A DNA stretch of 64,000 nt from assembly GCA_003193925.1 (NCBI GenBank), contig PSPG01000002.1, positions 32,001 through 96,000 of the forward strand. The letters run 5' to 3'. Of the stretch, positions 48,401 to 57,841 are shown piece by piece. Source of the stretch: Candidatus Thalassarchaeum betae (lineage in GTDB: Archaea > Thermoplasmatota > Poseidoniia > Poseidoniales > Thalassarchaeaceae). Position numbers and translations under genes: made by a program. Each line of letters opens with the position of its first letter. Position 1 is the first letter of the stretch. A model generated the notes under the pieces. It was not told the DNA's origin and searched no databases. It saw only the letters and a program-made list of their open reading frames with translations.

Positions 48401-51069
48401 TGTCGATTGCCGGTGACACGGTCATCATGACAGGGGCAATCGGTTCCCAGGCCTTCGGGACCCTGACCCTCGGCCTACCCGATGACTCCCCTCCGGCCTT
48501 CCACTCCTTCTCTGACGCGAGCGACCAATCGGCTAATCACGTCCTCAGGGTCTCTCTCGAAGTCCTGCAGATATACAGGGCCTCGCTATTGGTGATCTCG
48601 CCCACGGAGCAACCTCACTTGGTCGAGGTCAATGAGGAGTCTCTGGTCATGGTCCGCCTCGAGAATCCTGGCAACGGCGACGACACTTACCACTTGACTT
48701 ACGAAATCCTCCTCGACGAGAACATCACCGAGGACCCGGGTGTGGGGGTTGCCTTCTCCAATGACATGGTGTCCTTGGGCGCAGGTAGTCTGACGAACAT
48801 ACCTGTGACCGTTGTACTACCTGACACCACCCCTGCTCGTGCCCCCGTCAGTATCGAAATCCACATGACCTCGATGGGAGACCAGTCAGTCAGTGACTCG
48901 GACGTCGTGATCCTCGAGGCTAGTCAGGACCACCGATGGAACATCACTGCGAGCGTCGGTGAGTCCATCGCCGATGGAAACACCTTCGCCGTCGCACCCG
49001 GAGGAACTCTGGAGGTGAGCGTCGAAGCGAAGAATGTCGGTAATCTGATCGATGACCTGACTCTGACAGTGAGTTACGAGGTTACCTTGGCGGGCGATGA
49101 CGCCTCACAAGGCTGGGACTCCCAAGGAGATACAGTGGTCGACATCGGAGTGAACCAGACTGCACTGATGACGGTCAACGCGACCGTGCCTGCAGACGCT
49201 TGGAACGGCTCTACAATGCAAGTAACCGTCACCGCCACTGCTCAGGATGAGGAGGTGGGTTCGTTCACTTTCGGCATCGAGGTGACTCATGTGCCAGCTT
49301 GGTCGGCCTCGGCAGACCAGACCTACCTCGATATACACCCCAATGGCTCAAGCATAGAACTGACCGTGATTCAGCAAGGCAACTCCCCCACGATGCCATA
49401 TGCTACAGTGTGGGTGAGCGGTGAGAGCGGTTGGCATATTGTCGTCTCCGACGAACTCCCTGTCCTTTCCCCCGGTGAGACTGCTCCGATGATGCTCAAC
49501 ATCACCCCGCCTGACACAGCGCAGCATGGCAGGGCAGTGGAACTCCACGTCAAACTAAGGGAAGGCGACGGTAGCGGAGAGACAGAAATCACTCTGCCTC
49601 TGCGTGTCGCCATCATCAACGACTTCAATCTGAGCGGGCAGGGGCCTTGGTTCATCTCTGGCGATGGGGGTCACCCAATCGCGGAACTTCAGAACCTCGG
49701 TAACGCCCCCACTACCATCGCCCTGCAGGTCCTGAGCCTGCCTAGCGGCTGGATTGTCGTCGGGCAGACCGAAGTCGTCCTCGGGGTCGGTGAGATTAGA
49801 GGTGTTCCCCTGGAGGTGATTCCGTCTGCTGACTGGGACGGCAGCGCCCAGACCGTACGCATCCTCGCCGAGGATGCAGACGGGAACCAGCGCGAGGTCT
49901 CCCTGAACACCGAGCAATCGTCGTACTCCTGGGCATCTTCCCCCGTGATAGTGGTAATGATGGGTGACCATGCGCTGCTTCAGATCCACGGCACCACCTC
50001 TGCTTCCAGTGTCGTTGATTCCGTGTCCGGACAGTTGCAATGGGACGATAGGGGCGGTTGGGCGTTGCCGGCAGTGGCCAGTGGGAATGGCTCCTTGAGC
50101 GTGGACTCATCCAGCCTCGACTACGTCTCCCACGTCGTCGAGCCGTCCCTCAGGTCTGCTGAGTGCGAGATTCTCGGCAGTTTCGAAGAGGTAGTCGCAT
50201 ATTGCTCTATATTCAACGGGACGGAGCCGTTCTCATACTCGATTCTCCTAATCGACGACCAGGGGGCGATGCTGAATTTCGCGTCCGGTCACGTCCCTGC
50301 CAACTCCCCCCACGGCCCGATCAACCTCAGTGCCGAGGGCTGGAGTCCGGAGCCGGGCAGCAGGACCCTGACGCTGAGACTGCTAGATGAGAGGGGTTTC
50401 CAAGTCGCTTTTGATGAGGCTAGCTTCCAAGTCAGAAGGAGCGACTGGAACATAGGCGTAGTGGAACTAGAGCTTGACGGGGAGGGCTCAAACCAGGAAG
50501 TCAAGGTCCTCACTCGAAGGACCAATTACCAACTACTGACTGATGCCGACTGCCATCTCTCGCTAGTCGCAGGGGAGCATTCCTCAACCCACCGAGTGGA
50601 TTGGAGCAGCACATTGGCCCCCATCTTCAGAATTGACCGTCCCGATGTCGATGATGGCATCGAAATCGTCGTGACTATCGGGTGCGAGTTCCCCTGGGAC
50701 TCAGATTCCGACCCGAGCGACGACGAGGCCAGACTGATTCTCTCGGGCGGCTCTATGGAGCTCCCGGAGTTCGACATGGGGACCGCAGTAGTTGCAGCCC
50801 TGCTGGTGATCGGTGCATCTGTGGCCTTCGCGTGGATGCTCAGAAACTACCGCGAGGGCAAGGAGCTCATGGAGATGGCCATGGCGACGGCAGAGGAGAG
50901 GGCAGCCAAGAAGAGTATCGAGCCAAAGGCCCCTGACACTCCTGAGCCGGTGGCTGAAACACAGGACGAAGGCATCAGCGAAGATGCTGCTGAACCGGAG
51001 TCCGAAGTCGAGGAGGGGGCGTTGGACGACTTCGAGGACAGGCTCGGGCGCCTGATGCGAGAAGACTAG
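45478..51069 (+). CDS. giant surface protein with FG-GAP beta-propeller, CARDB and NEW3-like Ig repeats
   Basis: DVDGDG/DLDLDG/DIDGNG repeats, N[LV]GN Ig motifs, C-terminal TM and acidic tail. Confidence 0.9.
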   Translation: MVACASSGDPSRLREAALGVALMLLMSLSPVLMQFDAHVRMQTGDGTQSPWSDGGQPWPQSGRTPGRVADVPAHSPDGGAGNGTPADAAELMSIVEPAVNWVYGSYSISTDALATPIADLSASVTKDEAAAERCGGSSLFTILVQTDSNSDHTFLRIVEGEDADLAWSVDLGLTEYVKAAPVVVDVDGDGMQEVLVAYDASGTLYLDAWAPRLTCSVTGWSPGGHGGELLWSWSDESLMISSNQGPYSSSALGGHKPTTQPLLADLDLDGDAEIVIAAIDEVSGEPVVVALGLSESGATLLWDAALDKGSHPSDPAFAQTDDTTGYVLLTTTQHNSGAMWVWKLDSASGDSSWDGLSLTNSDGDTDAPHIRLPGPVIANLDSDSAPEMVLTIPTDFDGSGSVDGAEFIGMEIGNGDVLWDFEASNGYADAPPVVIDTDGDGQHDRVCWVTWSQETTWARHGHAGCHDVSGSSPDQAWQKSLEQSSGYPNDEIAVAPPTWMDIDGNGEQELLVAYGRSLWAFDGDDGSTFVWGGSIDLPHRTWSAPALADMDGGATLDLVLGDTVVSHALADVRPLLDQRGIEFSPSEPDPGEAVTVTALFENSGTADTDDETEAKLYANGQLIASYEAGTMEPVGPTGGGSFESFSVEWSGPLGEHVFELVLDPYSNVSQSRRDNDAQTTTLAIVAPYNATFEIPTEPIRVTPGESALAAPNIRSTGRLAGTWSLAVDDSSLPGGWTWSDESGGGLSGIEIDVDAVWAPHLRIHAPADALGSDAGHLGLTLTLDDDPDNVSVSASLPIEANRTRGLSLRGPDGTAASTGYGLLGADAQAWMLLQNLGNAPENQITISWSGTAWGTDLRLYDMAGIEQPALSLAPDEVLLLTARMEVPDDANLGDSVATPLSMCVGSGEEETCQTISLTFEAAGVVTDVHQRSVPAQGLEWAVHADMPIGAMQLTWSLADAGMTVQGWSWSASGNLSIAGDTVIMTGAIGSQAFGTLTLGLPDDSPPAFHSFSDASDQSANHVLRVSLEVLQIYRASLLVISPTEQPHLVEVNEESLVMVRLENPGNGDDTYHLTYEILLDENITEDPGVGVAFSNDMVSLGAGSLTNIPVTVVLPDTTPARAPVSIEIHMTSMGDQSVSDSDVVILEASQDHRWNITASVGESIADGNTFAVAPGGTLEVSVEAKNVGNLIDDLTLTVSYEVTLAGDDASQGWDSQGDTVVDIGVNQTALMTVNATVPADAWNGSTMQVTVTATAQDEEVGSFTFGIEVTHVPAWSASADQTYLDIHPNGSSIELTVIQQGNSPTMPYATVWVSGESGWHIVVSDELPVLSPGETAPMMLNITPPDTAQHGRAVELHVKLREGDGSGETEITLPLRVAIINDFNLSGQGPWFISGDGGHPIAELQNLGNAPTTIALQVLSLPSGWIVVGQTEVVLGVGEIRGVPLEVIPSADWDGSAQTVRILAEDADGNQREVSLNTEQSSYSWASSPVIVVMMGDHALLQIHGTTSASSVVDSVSGQLQWDDRGGWALPAVASGNGSLSVDSSSLDYVSHVVEPSLRSAECEILGSFEEVVAYCSIFNGTEPFSYSILLIDDQGAMLNFASGHVPANSPHGPINLSAEGWSPEPGSRTLTLRLLDERGFQVAFDEASFQVRRSDWNIGVVELELDGEGSNQEVKVLTRRTNYQLLTDADCHLSLVAGEHSSTHRVDWSSTLAPIFRIDRPDVDDGIEIVVTIGCEFPWDSDSDPSDDEARLILSGGSMELPEFDMGTAVVAALLVIGASVAFAWMLRNYREGKELMEMAMATAEERAAKKSIEPKAPDTPEPVAETQDEGISEDAAEPESEVEEGALDDFEDRLGRLMRED

Positions 51070-51074
51070 GCATG

Positions 51075-51809
51075 CTAGAGGGCCAGCCTCAGCCTGTGCA
51101 TGCTCTCGTACAGGGGCGTCGCCTGCTCGAGTATGGCCTCGTGCTCCGGGGTCAATTCGCCACGGCGAGGCCGGTAAGGGGCGAAACCGGTCGAGGACCA
51201 GACAGAATCGTACCAGTGCTCCCCCCATATCCCGTCGCAATGCCTCGGACCTGCTTTCCATGACAGCATCCGATCACTGAAGTCTATCCCGATTTCATCG
51301 CACAGAAGACGCAGTATTCCCCCGGGGTCCTCGAGAATGTCCCTAGAGTCTAAGATCGGCGGGATGCGCCCCGAACTCTTGGCCACGAGCTCCATCAGTC
51401 GTACCTGCTGGGGCAGTCCCGTGGACCACAGGCTGACCTCGTCGGTAATCCTAGCTAGAGAGAGCAGGACCTCCCTCGGGTCGCGCAACAGGAAGCAGTT
51501 GGACAGCGAATCGAGCCAGTCTGTATCCATTCCCGGGAGAATGTGGTGGCACATGTGTTTCTGGTACCATATCGACGCGTCCCCTGGGATATGCCCCGTC
51601 AGGTAATCGACCACCTTGGCCGAATCGGACTCGTAGTGCGCGATCACCTTCCCTGCGCCGGGGTGTTGAATACCGGTCTGCGCCAGGTAGTGCGCGTATA
51701 GCGGCTCATCGATAGCGAAGCAGTCCCGGCGGTTGTCGAACGAGTACATCATCGCGGTTGATATGTTGCGTGGCCCCGACCACATCGCGATGGCGACTCC
51801 ATCAGCCAT
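51075..51809 (-). CDS. sulfotransferase-like P-loop protein (aminotransferase-IV-associated)
   Basis: MWSGPRNISTAMMYSF, DEPLY, QKHM, WYDSV..STGF. Confidence 0.85.
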   Translation of the reverse strand: MADGVAIAMWSGPRNISTAMMYSFDNRRDCFAIDEPLYAHYLAQTGIQHPGAGKVIAHYESDSAKVVDYLTGHIPGDASIWYQKHMCHHILPGMDTDWLDSLSNCFLLRDPREVLLSLARITDEVSLWSTGLPQQVRLMELVAKSSGRIPPILDSRDILEDPGGILRLLCDEIGIDFSDRMLSWKAGPRHCDGIWGEHWYDSVWSSTGFAPYRPRRGELTPEHEAILEQATPLYESMHRLRLAL

Positions 51810-52710
51810 CACACTCACTCCTGATGAGTTCGATGTAGAGGCTCTGGAGAAGTTCACACATCGGGCCTCTCTGGCCCCCGCTCATCGGATCGCCGTCGAA
51901 CTCGACGACGGGGATGAGGCCGGCGAAGGTGCCTGTGACGAAAGCCTCGTCGGCCGTGCTGACATCATTGGTGGTGAAGTCCCTCTCGTGGGCTGGAATC
52001 CCATTGGCGCGGCACAGCTCGAGGACCTTGCGCCGCGTGATTCCGTCGAGGCAGTGCTCGCCCGTCGAGGTCCAGACCTCGCCATGCCTGACGATGAAGA
52101 AGTGCGTGGAGTTGCAGGTGGCTACGTTTCCAGCGGGGTCCAGCATCAGCCCCTCCTCGCCACCCTTGGCGGCAGCGTCCACGCAAGCGGCGATGCAGTT
52201 GTGCTTGGACAGGCTGTTGATCCTCGGGTCCTGGACGTTCTGCTCGCCCCTCCTCACATCCACAGTGACCAGTCTGATTCCTTCGACTGCCCCCCTCTCG
52301 TTTGCCCTCTTGTACTCGGGTATGATCACCAGGGTCGGCGGGCTCGATATCACCCACGGGGCCTGATACGGGGTGGGCTTGAGGCCCCTAGTGACAATCA
52401 GTCGGACGTGCACGCCGTCATCCATGCCGTTGGCCTCGATCACCCTGTTGACTTCGTTGAGGATCTCCTCGCGTGCGCGTCCGATGTCCATGGATATCGC
52501 CTCGGCGCCCCTGAACAACCGGTCCATGTGGTCGTCGGCGAAGGCGAGGGTCCCCTTGTGCAGCCTGAACGACTCCCACACGCCGTCGCCCAGAAGGAAT
52601 CCCGCGTCGAGCACGGAGACCTTGGCTTCCGGGCGCGGCAGCAACTCGCCGTTGATCGAGATGAGTACGCTCTCGTTGCGAGGATCGTCCTCGTACTCGT
52701 GGGTCCCCAT
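51802..52710 (-). CDS. aminotransferase class IV (BCAT/D-amino acid aminotransferase-like)
   Basis: GDGVWE, HMDRL, LDGITR, ADEAFVTGT. Confidence 0.92.
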   Translation of the reverse strand: MGTHEYEDDPRNESVLISINGELLPRPEAKVSVLDAGFLLGDGVWESFRLHKGTLAFADDHMDRLFRGAEAISMDIGRAREEILNEVNRVIEANGMDDGVHVRLIVTRGLKPTPYQAPWVISSPPTLVIIPEYKRANERGAVEGIRLVTVDVRRGEQNVQDPRINSLSKHNCIAACVDAAAKGGEEGLMLDPAGNVATCNSTHFFIVRHGEVWTSTGEHCLDGITRRKVLELCRANGIPAHERDFTTNDVSTADEAFVTGTFAGLIPVVEFDGDPMSGGQRGPMCELLQSLYIELIRSECDG

Positions 52711-52718
52711 CCTACACC

Positions 52719-53630
52719 TCAGAATTCGACACCGGTGAGGCGTTTGTACATCGATGCGTAGAGTTCTGCCGTCTTGTCGATCATCGCCTGCGGAAGCGCG
52801 GGTATCGGCGGCTCCTCGGTGCCCTCGGCCCTAGCGTCGTAGAGCGCCCTGTGATGTCCGATGGCGATGTAGTGCTCGCGGACGAACTCCTTCGACAGCG
52901 AGACTATCTGACCGTTGGCGTAGGTCTCGGCGTCCCACCAGCGGTCCTCGTCCAAGGTTCCGAACGAGTCGACGAGTACCGGCTTCCTGCGCGGCCCCAG
53001 CGCGAACTCCTTCTTGCCGTCGACGTGGATGAGGCCGCGCTTGTCGGCCTCGCGCCCGATAATGGCATCGATCTTGAGTACGGCTTCGAGGATGGAATCG
53101 AACTCCGCCTCGGTGAGATTGGATATCTCAAGTGCCTCCTTCCTGTCGAGGAGCCTGTCGAACGACTCGAACTTGGTAGAGACCTCGAGGTATGGCTCGG
53201 GCAGTTTGCAGCCCTCCTCGATCTGCGTCCCCGGCTCAAAGCCGAACTCCTCGGCCCCGACCTCGCCCTTGGCGTAGCGTTGCCAGCCTGAGCCGGCCAG
53301 ATGATGGCGGCATATCACCTCGAGCGGGACGAAGACGTTCTCCATGTCCTGGGTGATGGCCCCTGGCTCCCTGATGACCTCGAAACGCCTGGCGAGGCAG
53401 CGGTCGGGAGCGCTCATCTCGAGCAGATGCGTGTCGCACACTCCTTCAGCCTCGACCAGATTGAACCAGTGGCAGGTCGTGCGATTCAAACTCTCCCCCT
53501 TGCGGGGGATTAAGGATGGGATGATCTGGTCGTAGACAGAAATCTGGTCGGTGTACCGGAATTCGAGGACATCCGGGTCCTCGGTACTCCATACCTGCTT
53601 GACCTTGCCTTGGTAGAGCAACTCTCCCAT
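52719..53630 (-). CDS. purC: SAICAR synthase
   Basis: YQGKVK, TDQISVYD, STK, VDGKKEF, DEDRWW, SKEFVR. Confidence 0.94.
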   Translation of the reverse strand: MGELLYQGKVKQVWSTEDPDVLEFRYTDQISVYDQIIPSLIPRKGESLNRTTCHWFNLVEAEGVCDTHLLEMSAPDRCLARRFEVIREPGAITQDMENVFVPLEVICRHHLAGSGWQRYAKGEVGAEEFGFEPGTQIEEGCKLPEPYLEVSTKFESFDRLLDRKEALEISNLTEAEFDSILEAVLKIDAIIGREADKRGLIHVDGKKEFALGPRRKPVLVDSFGTLDEDRWWDAETYANGQIVSLSKEFVREHYIAIGHHRALYDARAEGTEEPPIPALPQAMIDKTAELYASMYKRLTGVEF

Positions 53631-53684
53631 GCCTGCACTAGAGTCGATTACGCCGATGAACATTCCTAAGCCTGGGCTTCTGGG

Positions 53685-54665
53685 TCAGTTCCTCCTGACC
53701 AGTAGGATTACTATGAGGACTGACAGGAGCGCGATCGCTATCCAGCGCTGATCGAAGTCGCTCTGTACCCCTTCATCGTTAGACAGGAACAAATCTTGGG
53801 CAGTGTCCAGATGAGGAGACTCGGTCGAGGCCATCAGCACGATGCCCTCTATGTGGTATGGGACCCCTCCCCTCATTCCCTTGGAAACCGCCTTTGAATT
53901 CGTGATTGAGGCCATTACGAAGTCACAGGTGTCGGCCCTCCTGAGATTCTCGATGGCCTCGAACTCGCCGCCGCTGTCCAATGGTCTGAAAGGAATTTGC
54001 ACCTCATAGTGACTCTCCATCCTACTGACGACCATCTTGGAAATCTCGACCTCGTAGCCCTGCATTTCGGCATTGTCGTCTAGGTTCGACATCGGAGAGT
54101 CCTGATTATACATACAGGCCACCAATTCCTTCTCGCCCTCTAAGATACGATAGAGTGTGCCGCCCTCGGTCGGAGTCGGCCAAGCACCAATGACACTGAC
54201 GAAATCGGAATCTTTCAGCTCGGTCTCACCGAGGAACCACGTCAGGTACGCCTGCTGGCCGGTGCTTGAGGAGAATATCCCCCCGAGAGCGGCGTTGATG
54301 GCCTGCAGTAACTCTAGGTTGCCCCAGTCGTCTTGAGTGTCGGATCGGGCCACCGGAACGTACGATTCGGTCTCCTCGACCATACCGAGGATGGAGAGTC
54401 CCGGCAGATTGGCCCTGTTAGCCGGATCGGCGGCGATCAGATTGGATGTCAGCATGAAGTCGATCTCACCGACCATAAGGGCGCGCATCGCGAACTGATG
54501 GTCCTCGTAGCCGGTCTCGATTATGTGCTCGTAAGAGTCGATGAGATGTGATGCGGGAGTCTCCTGAGAAGTTCCGACGTTGTACTGCAATCCACCTGCT
54601 GCAACGGCGGGTGGCGCGGATAGAACCAATGCGCTGAGGCAGAGTGCGACCAATACGCCCCTCAT
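53685..54665 (-). CDS. amino-acid ABC substrate-binding protein (family 3), apparently circularly permuted, with C-terminal TM anchor
   Basis: Signal peptide; both halves of SBP_bac_3 present in swapped order; divergent from permease and ATPase. Confidence 0.75.
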   Translation of the reverse strand: MRGVLVALCLSALVLSAPPAVAAGGLQYNVGTSQETPASHLIDSYEHIIETGYEDHQFAMRALMVGEIDFMLTSNLIAADPANRANLPGLSILGMVEETESYVPVARSDTQDDWGNLELLQAINAALGGIFSSSTGQQAYLTWFLGETELKDSDFVSVIGAWPTPTEGGTLYRILEGEKELVACMYNQDSPMSNLDDNAEMQGYEVEISKMVVSRMESHYEVQIPFRPLDSGGEFEAIENLRRADTCDFVMASITNSKAVSKGMRGGVPYHIEGIVLMASTESPHLDTAQDLFLSNDEGVQSDFDQRWIAIALLSVLIVILLVRRN

Positions 54666-54751
54666 GCCCGCGAGGGCCCGCAGGGCCGACTTAGCATTGG
54701 TGGTCCACGAGACTATATCCGAAGAAGCGCGTCAGGGGGCGAGGGTTCGCG

Positions 54752-57076
54752 TTGTCCGGTGGTATCTCACGACTGCTCCACCCAACGGGGAAAAGTGGCA
54801 ACCGCTACGTCGTCATCCTCTCCTTCTTGATTCTAGCAACCCTGATCACTCCCATCCAGGGAGTCGAGTACAGAAGCGGTTGGGATGTCGCTGACAGTGG
54901 CACCGATGCGGATCTTTTCACGGCGTCCTACGATGGTGAGTCGGTCTTCGCCTTCGGTGCTGGCGGCGTGATTCTCCAGAGCGACGACAAGGGTTCTACC
55001 TGGGTTCAGCTCAGCTCCCCTGCGACGGCCGACCTGCGCAGGTCCGACTCAACAGAAGCAGTCTACGACCCATTCACAGGCGATTTGAGGGAGAAGGGAG
55101 CATTTGCGGTCGTCGGTGACGGTGGGGCGGCCTATCTCCTAGCCGTTGGCAGCGATACATGGCAGAACATCTCCTTAGAATCCGCCGTTGACTTCAGAGG
55201 GGTTGCGATGACCAGCGCTACCTCATTGGTGACCGTAGGACCGAGCGGGGCTATCTGGCAGTACCAGAGCGAGGCTTGGACGCAGAGAGACTCCGGAATT
55301 GCCTCGGATCTCAATGACATCTCCTTCCTCGATGGCAGCTCGGGCTTTGCAGTGGGTGACAATGGCATGATACTGGCCACCGATGACGGCGGACAGAACT
55401 GGGAGTACAGAGAGGCTCCCGAAGGGCTGGTCGCTAACATTGTGGCAGTCGACTACTACAGCGCCATTCGTGCCTATGCGATAACAGACGAAGGGCACAT
55501 AGTCAAGTCAGTCGGAACGCCCACTGGCACTGCTGTCGGGTTTGTCTGGGAACTGGTCGAGATCGAGTCGGAGGGCAGGAACACCAGCCTGGGACTCGAA
55601 CTGAGCTCGATCGACGTATCGTCTGTGAACAAGTTCCTCGTCGCCGGTCCCTCTGGATACGTCGCTCTGTCTCTTGACGGCGGCAACATCATCATCCCCC
55701 AAATGAACCCCCTGCCTAACGTCACGGACTTCAATCACGTCTCGACGCTCAACCTGTTCGATGCTGTGCTCGTGGGTGACGGTGGCGTCATCCTGTACAG
55801 CGAAAATGCGGGAGAGGACGAGTCCATCGGGTTCCAGGTCGTCGACTTCAGTGACTTCGGCCAGTTCGTCGACTACTCCAAAGGCATGCTGATGGACGGA
55901 TTAATCGCCACTATCAAAATCGTCGTATTCGGCATCATGCTGGGTTTTTTCCTAGGAATCACGCTCTCGATGATGAAAACCGCTCCGACCACCCTGAAGG
56001 AAATTGCACAACTCAATCGCTATGCGTTGGTTAGGCTCTTGCTGCTCCCAATCTGCGCAATTGAGGCGGTCACGATTGGTTTGGTGAATGGGCCGATGCC
56101 CGCAACTCGAGAGGCGGGAAGATTGCGTACGCTGTCCGCGACTTCCACGGGGCCCCTCAACACCGTAGCCCTGCGGGTATTCGGATTGGGAATGCTAGGC
56201 TACGGGACGAAACTGCTTCTCGCTGTAGTCCCCGTAGTCAGGGCCCTCAACCTAGACGGTTGGGATTACATCTACGCGCCTATAGGCATCATAAACCCGG
56301 AAGGCGTCACTGGACCGATAAGTTTCGTGCCCTTTCTCAGGGTCCTCTTAGGGATAGCGCTGATCCTCCTGGGCCTGCTATTCATGACCTCGAAGGAATC
56401 ATTCCCCAAGAGAGAGGTACGTCTGCCATTCCGTGGCATCACGGTGAAGTGGAATCCCTGGGGTGTGAGGCCGCTGAACGCTGTCGCGACCGTATACACC
56501 GACATCTTCCGCAACACCCCTCTGCTCGTACAGTTCTTGTTCATCCACTTCGGGCTCCAACTGGGCAAGCTGGTTCAGGGGCCCGCGGAGGCGATGCTAG
56601 CGGGTTCCACCAGTTTCTTGGCAGAATTCATCATTGACGAATTCCTGAGTGACAGGGCCTACATCAGCGCCATCTTCGCCCTCGGCCTCAATTCTGGCGC
56701 ATACCAGTGCGAGACCATACGTGGGGCCATCGCGGCGATTCCCTCTGGCCAGATGGAGGCAGGCAGGAGCATCGGACTGAACTACATGCAGACAATGAGG
56801 CGCGTCATCATGCCGCAGGCAATCAGGATCTGTATACCGCCCATGGGTAACGAGATGGTCAACCTCGTGCTCAACTCGTCGCTCGCCATGGTCATTGGCT
56901 ATGCCGAACTGACACGAAAGGGCAAGCTGGCCATCGCTATTACCTGGCAGGTCTTCTGGGGTTGGGGCATGGTCCTGATCTCTTACTTCATCGTCACTTG
57001 GACACTGGCTCTTCTGCTCAGGTATCTCGAGAACAAGACGAGGATACCCGGACTCGGCATTTCAGGAGGTGCATGA
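54752..57076 (+). CDS. polar amino-acid ABC permease (HisM/GlnP type) fused to an N-terminal YCF48/BNR beta-propeller
   Basis: SDDKGSTW and TDDGGQNW BNR repeats; FRNTPLLVQ; AYQCETIRG..IPSGQMEAGRSIG EAA loop. Confidence 0.9.
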   Translation: MSGGISRLLHPTGKSGNRYVVILSFLILATLITPIQGVEYRSGWDVADSGTDADLFTASYDGESVFAFGAGGVILQSDDKGSTWVQLSSPATADLRRSDSTEAVYDPFTGDLREKGAFAVVGDGGAAYLLAVGSDTWQNISLESAVDFRGVAMTSATSLVTVGPSGAIWQYQSEAWTQRDSGIASDLNDISFLDGSSGFAVGDNGMILATDDGGQNWEYREAPEGLVANIVAVDYYSAIRAYAITDEGHIVKSVGTPTGTAVGFVWELVEIESEGRNTSLGLELSSIDVSSVNKFLVAGPSGYVALSLDGGNIIIPQMNPLPNVTDFNHVSTLNLFDAVLVGDGGVILYSENAGEDESIGFQVVDFSDFGQFVDYSKGMLMDGLIATIKIVVFGIMLGFFLGITLSMMKTAPTTLKEIAQLNRYALVRLLLLPICAIEAVTIGLVNGPMPATREAGRLRTLSATSTGPLNTVALRVFGLGMLGYGTKLLLAVVPVVRALNLDGWDYIYAPIGIINPEGVTGPISFVPFLRVLLGIALILLGLLFMTSKESFPKREVRLPFRGITVKWNPWGVRPLNAVATVYTDIFRNTPLLVQFLFIHFGLQLGKLVQGPAEAMLAGSTSFLAEFIIDEFLSDRAYISAIFALGLNSGAYQCETIRGAIAAIPSGQMEAGRSIGLNYMQTMRRVIMPQAIRICIPPMGNEMVNLVLNSSLAMVIGYAELTRKGKLAIAITWQVFWGWGMVLISYFIVTWTLALLLRYLENKTRIPGLGISGGA

Positions 57077-57829
57077 ATGCCAGAGAATGTTTTGAGGGTC
57101 ACTGATTTGCACAAGATCTACGCCGGAGGGGTCCATGCCGTCCGCGGCGTCTCGTTCGAGGTCAACGAAGGGGAGTCGGTGGCGATCATAGGTCCCTCAG
57201 GAGGCGGTAAGTCGACTGTGCTGCGATGCATCAACCGGCTGATTGAGCCAACCGAGGGAGTCGTGAGGCTGCGTGGCGAGCGGATCAACACCCCTGGAGC
57301 CGATGTCAACGACGTCAGGTCGAGAATCGGGATGGTATTCCAGTCATTCGAGTTGTTCGCGCACCTGAAGGTCCTCGACAACGTTACACTCGGCCTGAGG
57401 CATGTCAGGAAGATGAGCAAAGAAGAGGCCAAGGAAAGAGCTCTGTCGGTGCTCGAACGCGTTGATCTTCTGGACAGGATCGATGCCTATCCTGGCAACC
57501 TCTCTGGCGGGCAGAAGCAGCGCGTGGCAATCGCCCGGGCTCTGGCGATGAGCCCTGAGGTCATGCTGTTCGACGAGCCGACCAGCGCCTTGGACCCCGA
57601 GCTGATGGGCTCGGTTCTGGCTACCATCAGGAGACTGGCTGACGAAGGAATGACGATGGTGATTGTAACTCACGAAATCAGCTTCGCCGAGGACGTAGCT
57701 GACCGTATCATCTACCTAGATGAGGGCGTGATAGCCGAGCAGGGACCCTCCTCGATCATTGAGGACCCGCAGAGCGAGCGGCTCAAGAGGTTCCTGTCCG
57801 CGATTAGCGAGGGGGAGGAATATCAGTGA
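57077..57829 (+). CDS. polar amino-acid ABC ATPase (GlnQ-like)
   Basis: GPSGGGKS, LSGGQKQR, FDEPTSALDPE. Confidence 0.95.
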   Translation: MPENVLRVTDLHKIYAGGVHAVRGVSFEVNEGESVAIIGPSGGGKSTVLRCINRLIEPTEGVVRLRGERINTPGADVNDVRSRIGMVFQSFELFAHLKVLDNVTLGLRHVRKMSKEEAKERALSVLERVDLLDRIDAYPGNLSGGQKQRVAIARALAMSPEVMLFDEPTSALDPELMGSVLATIRRLADEGMTMVIVTHEISFAEDVADRIIYLDEGVIAEQGPSSIIEDPQSERLKRFLSAISEGEEYQ

Positions 57830-57841
57830 GCGAATCGAGAA

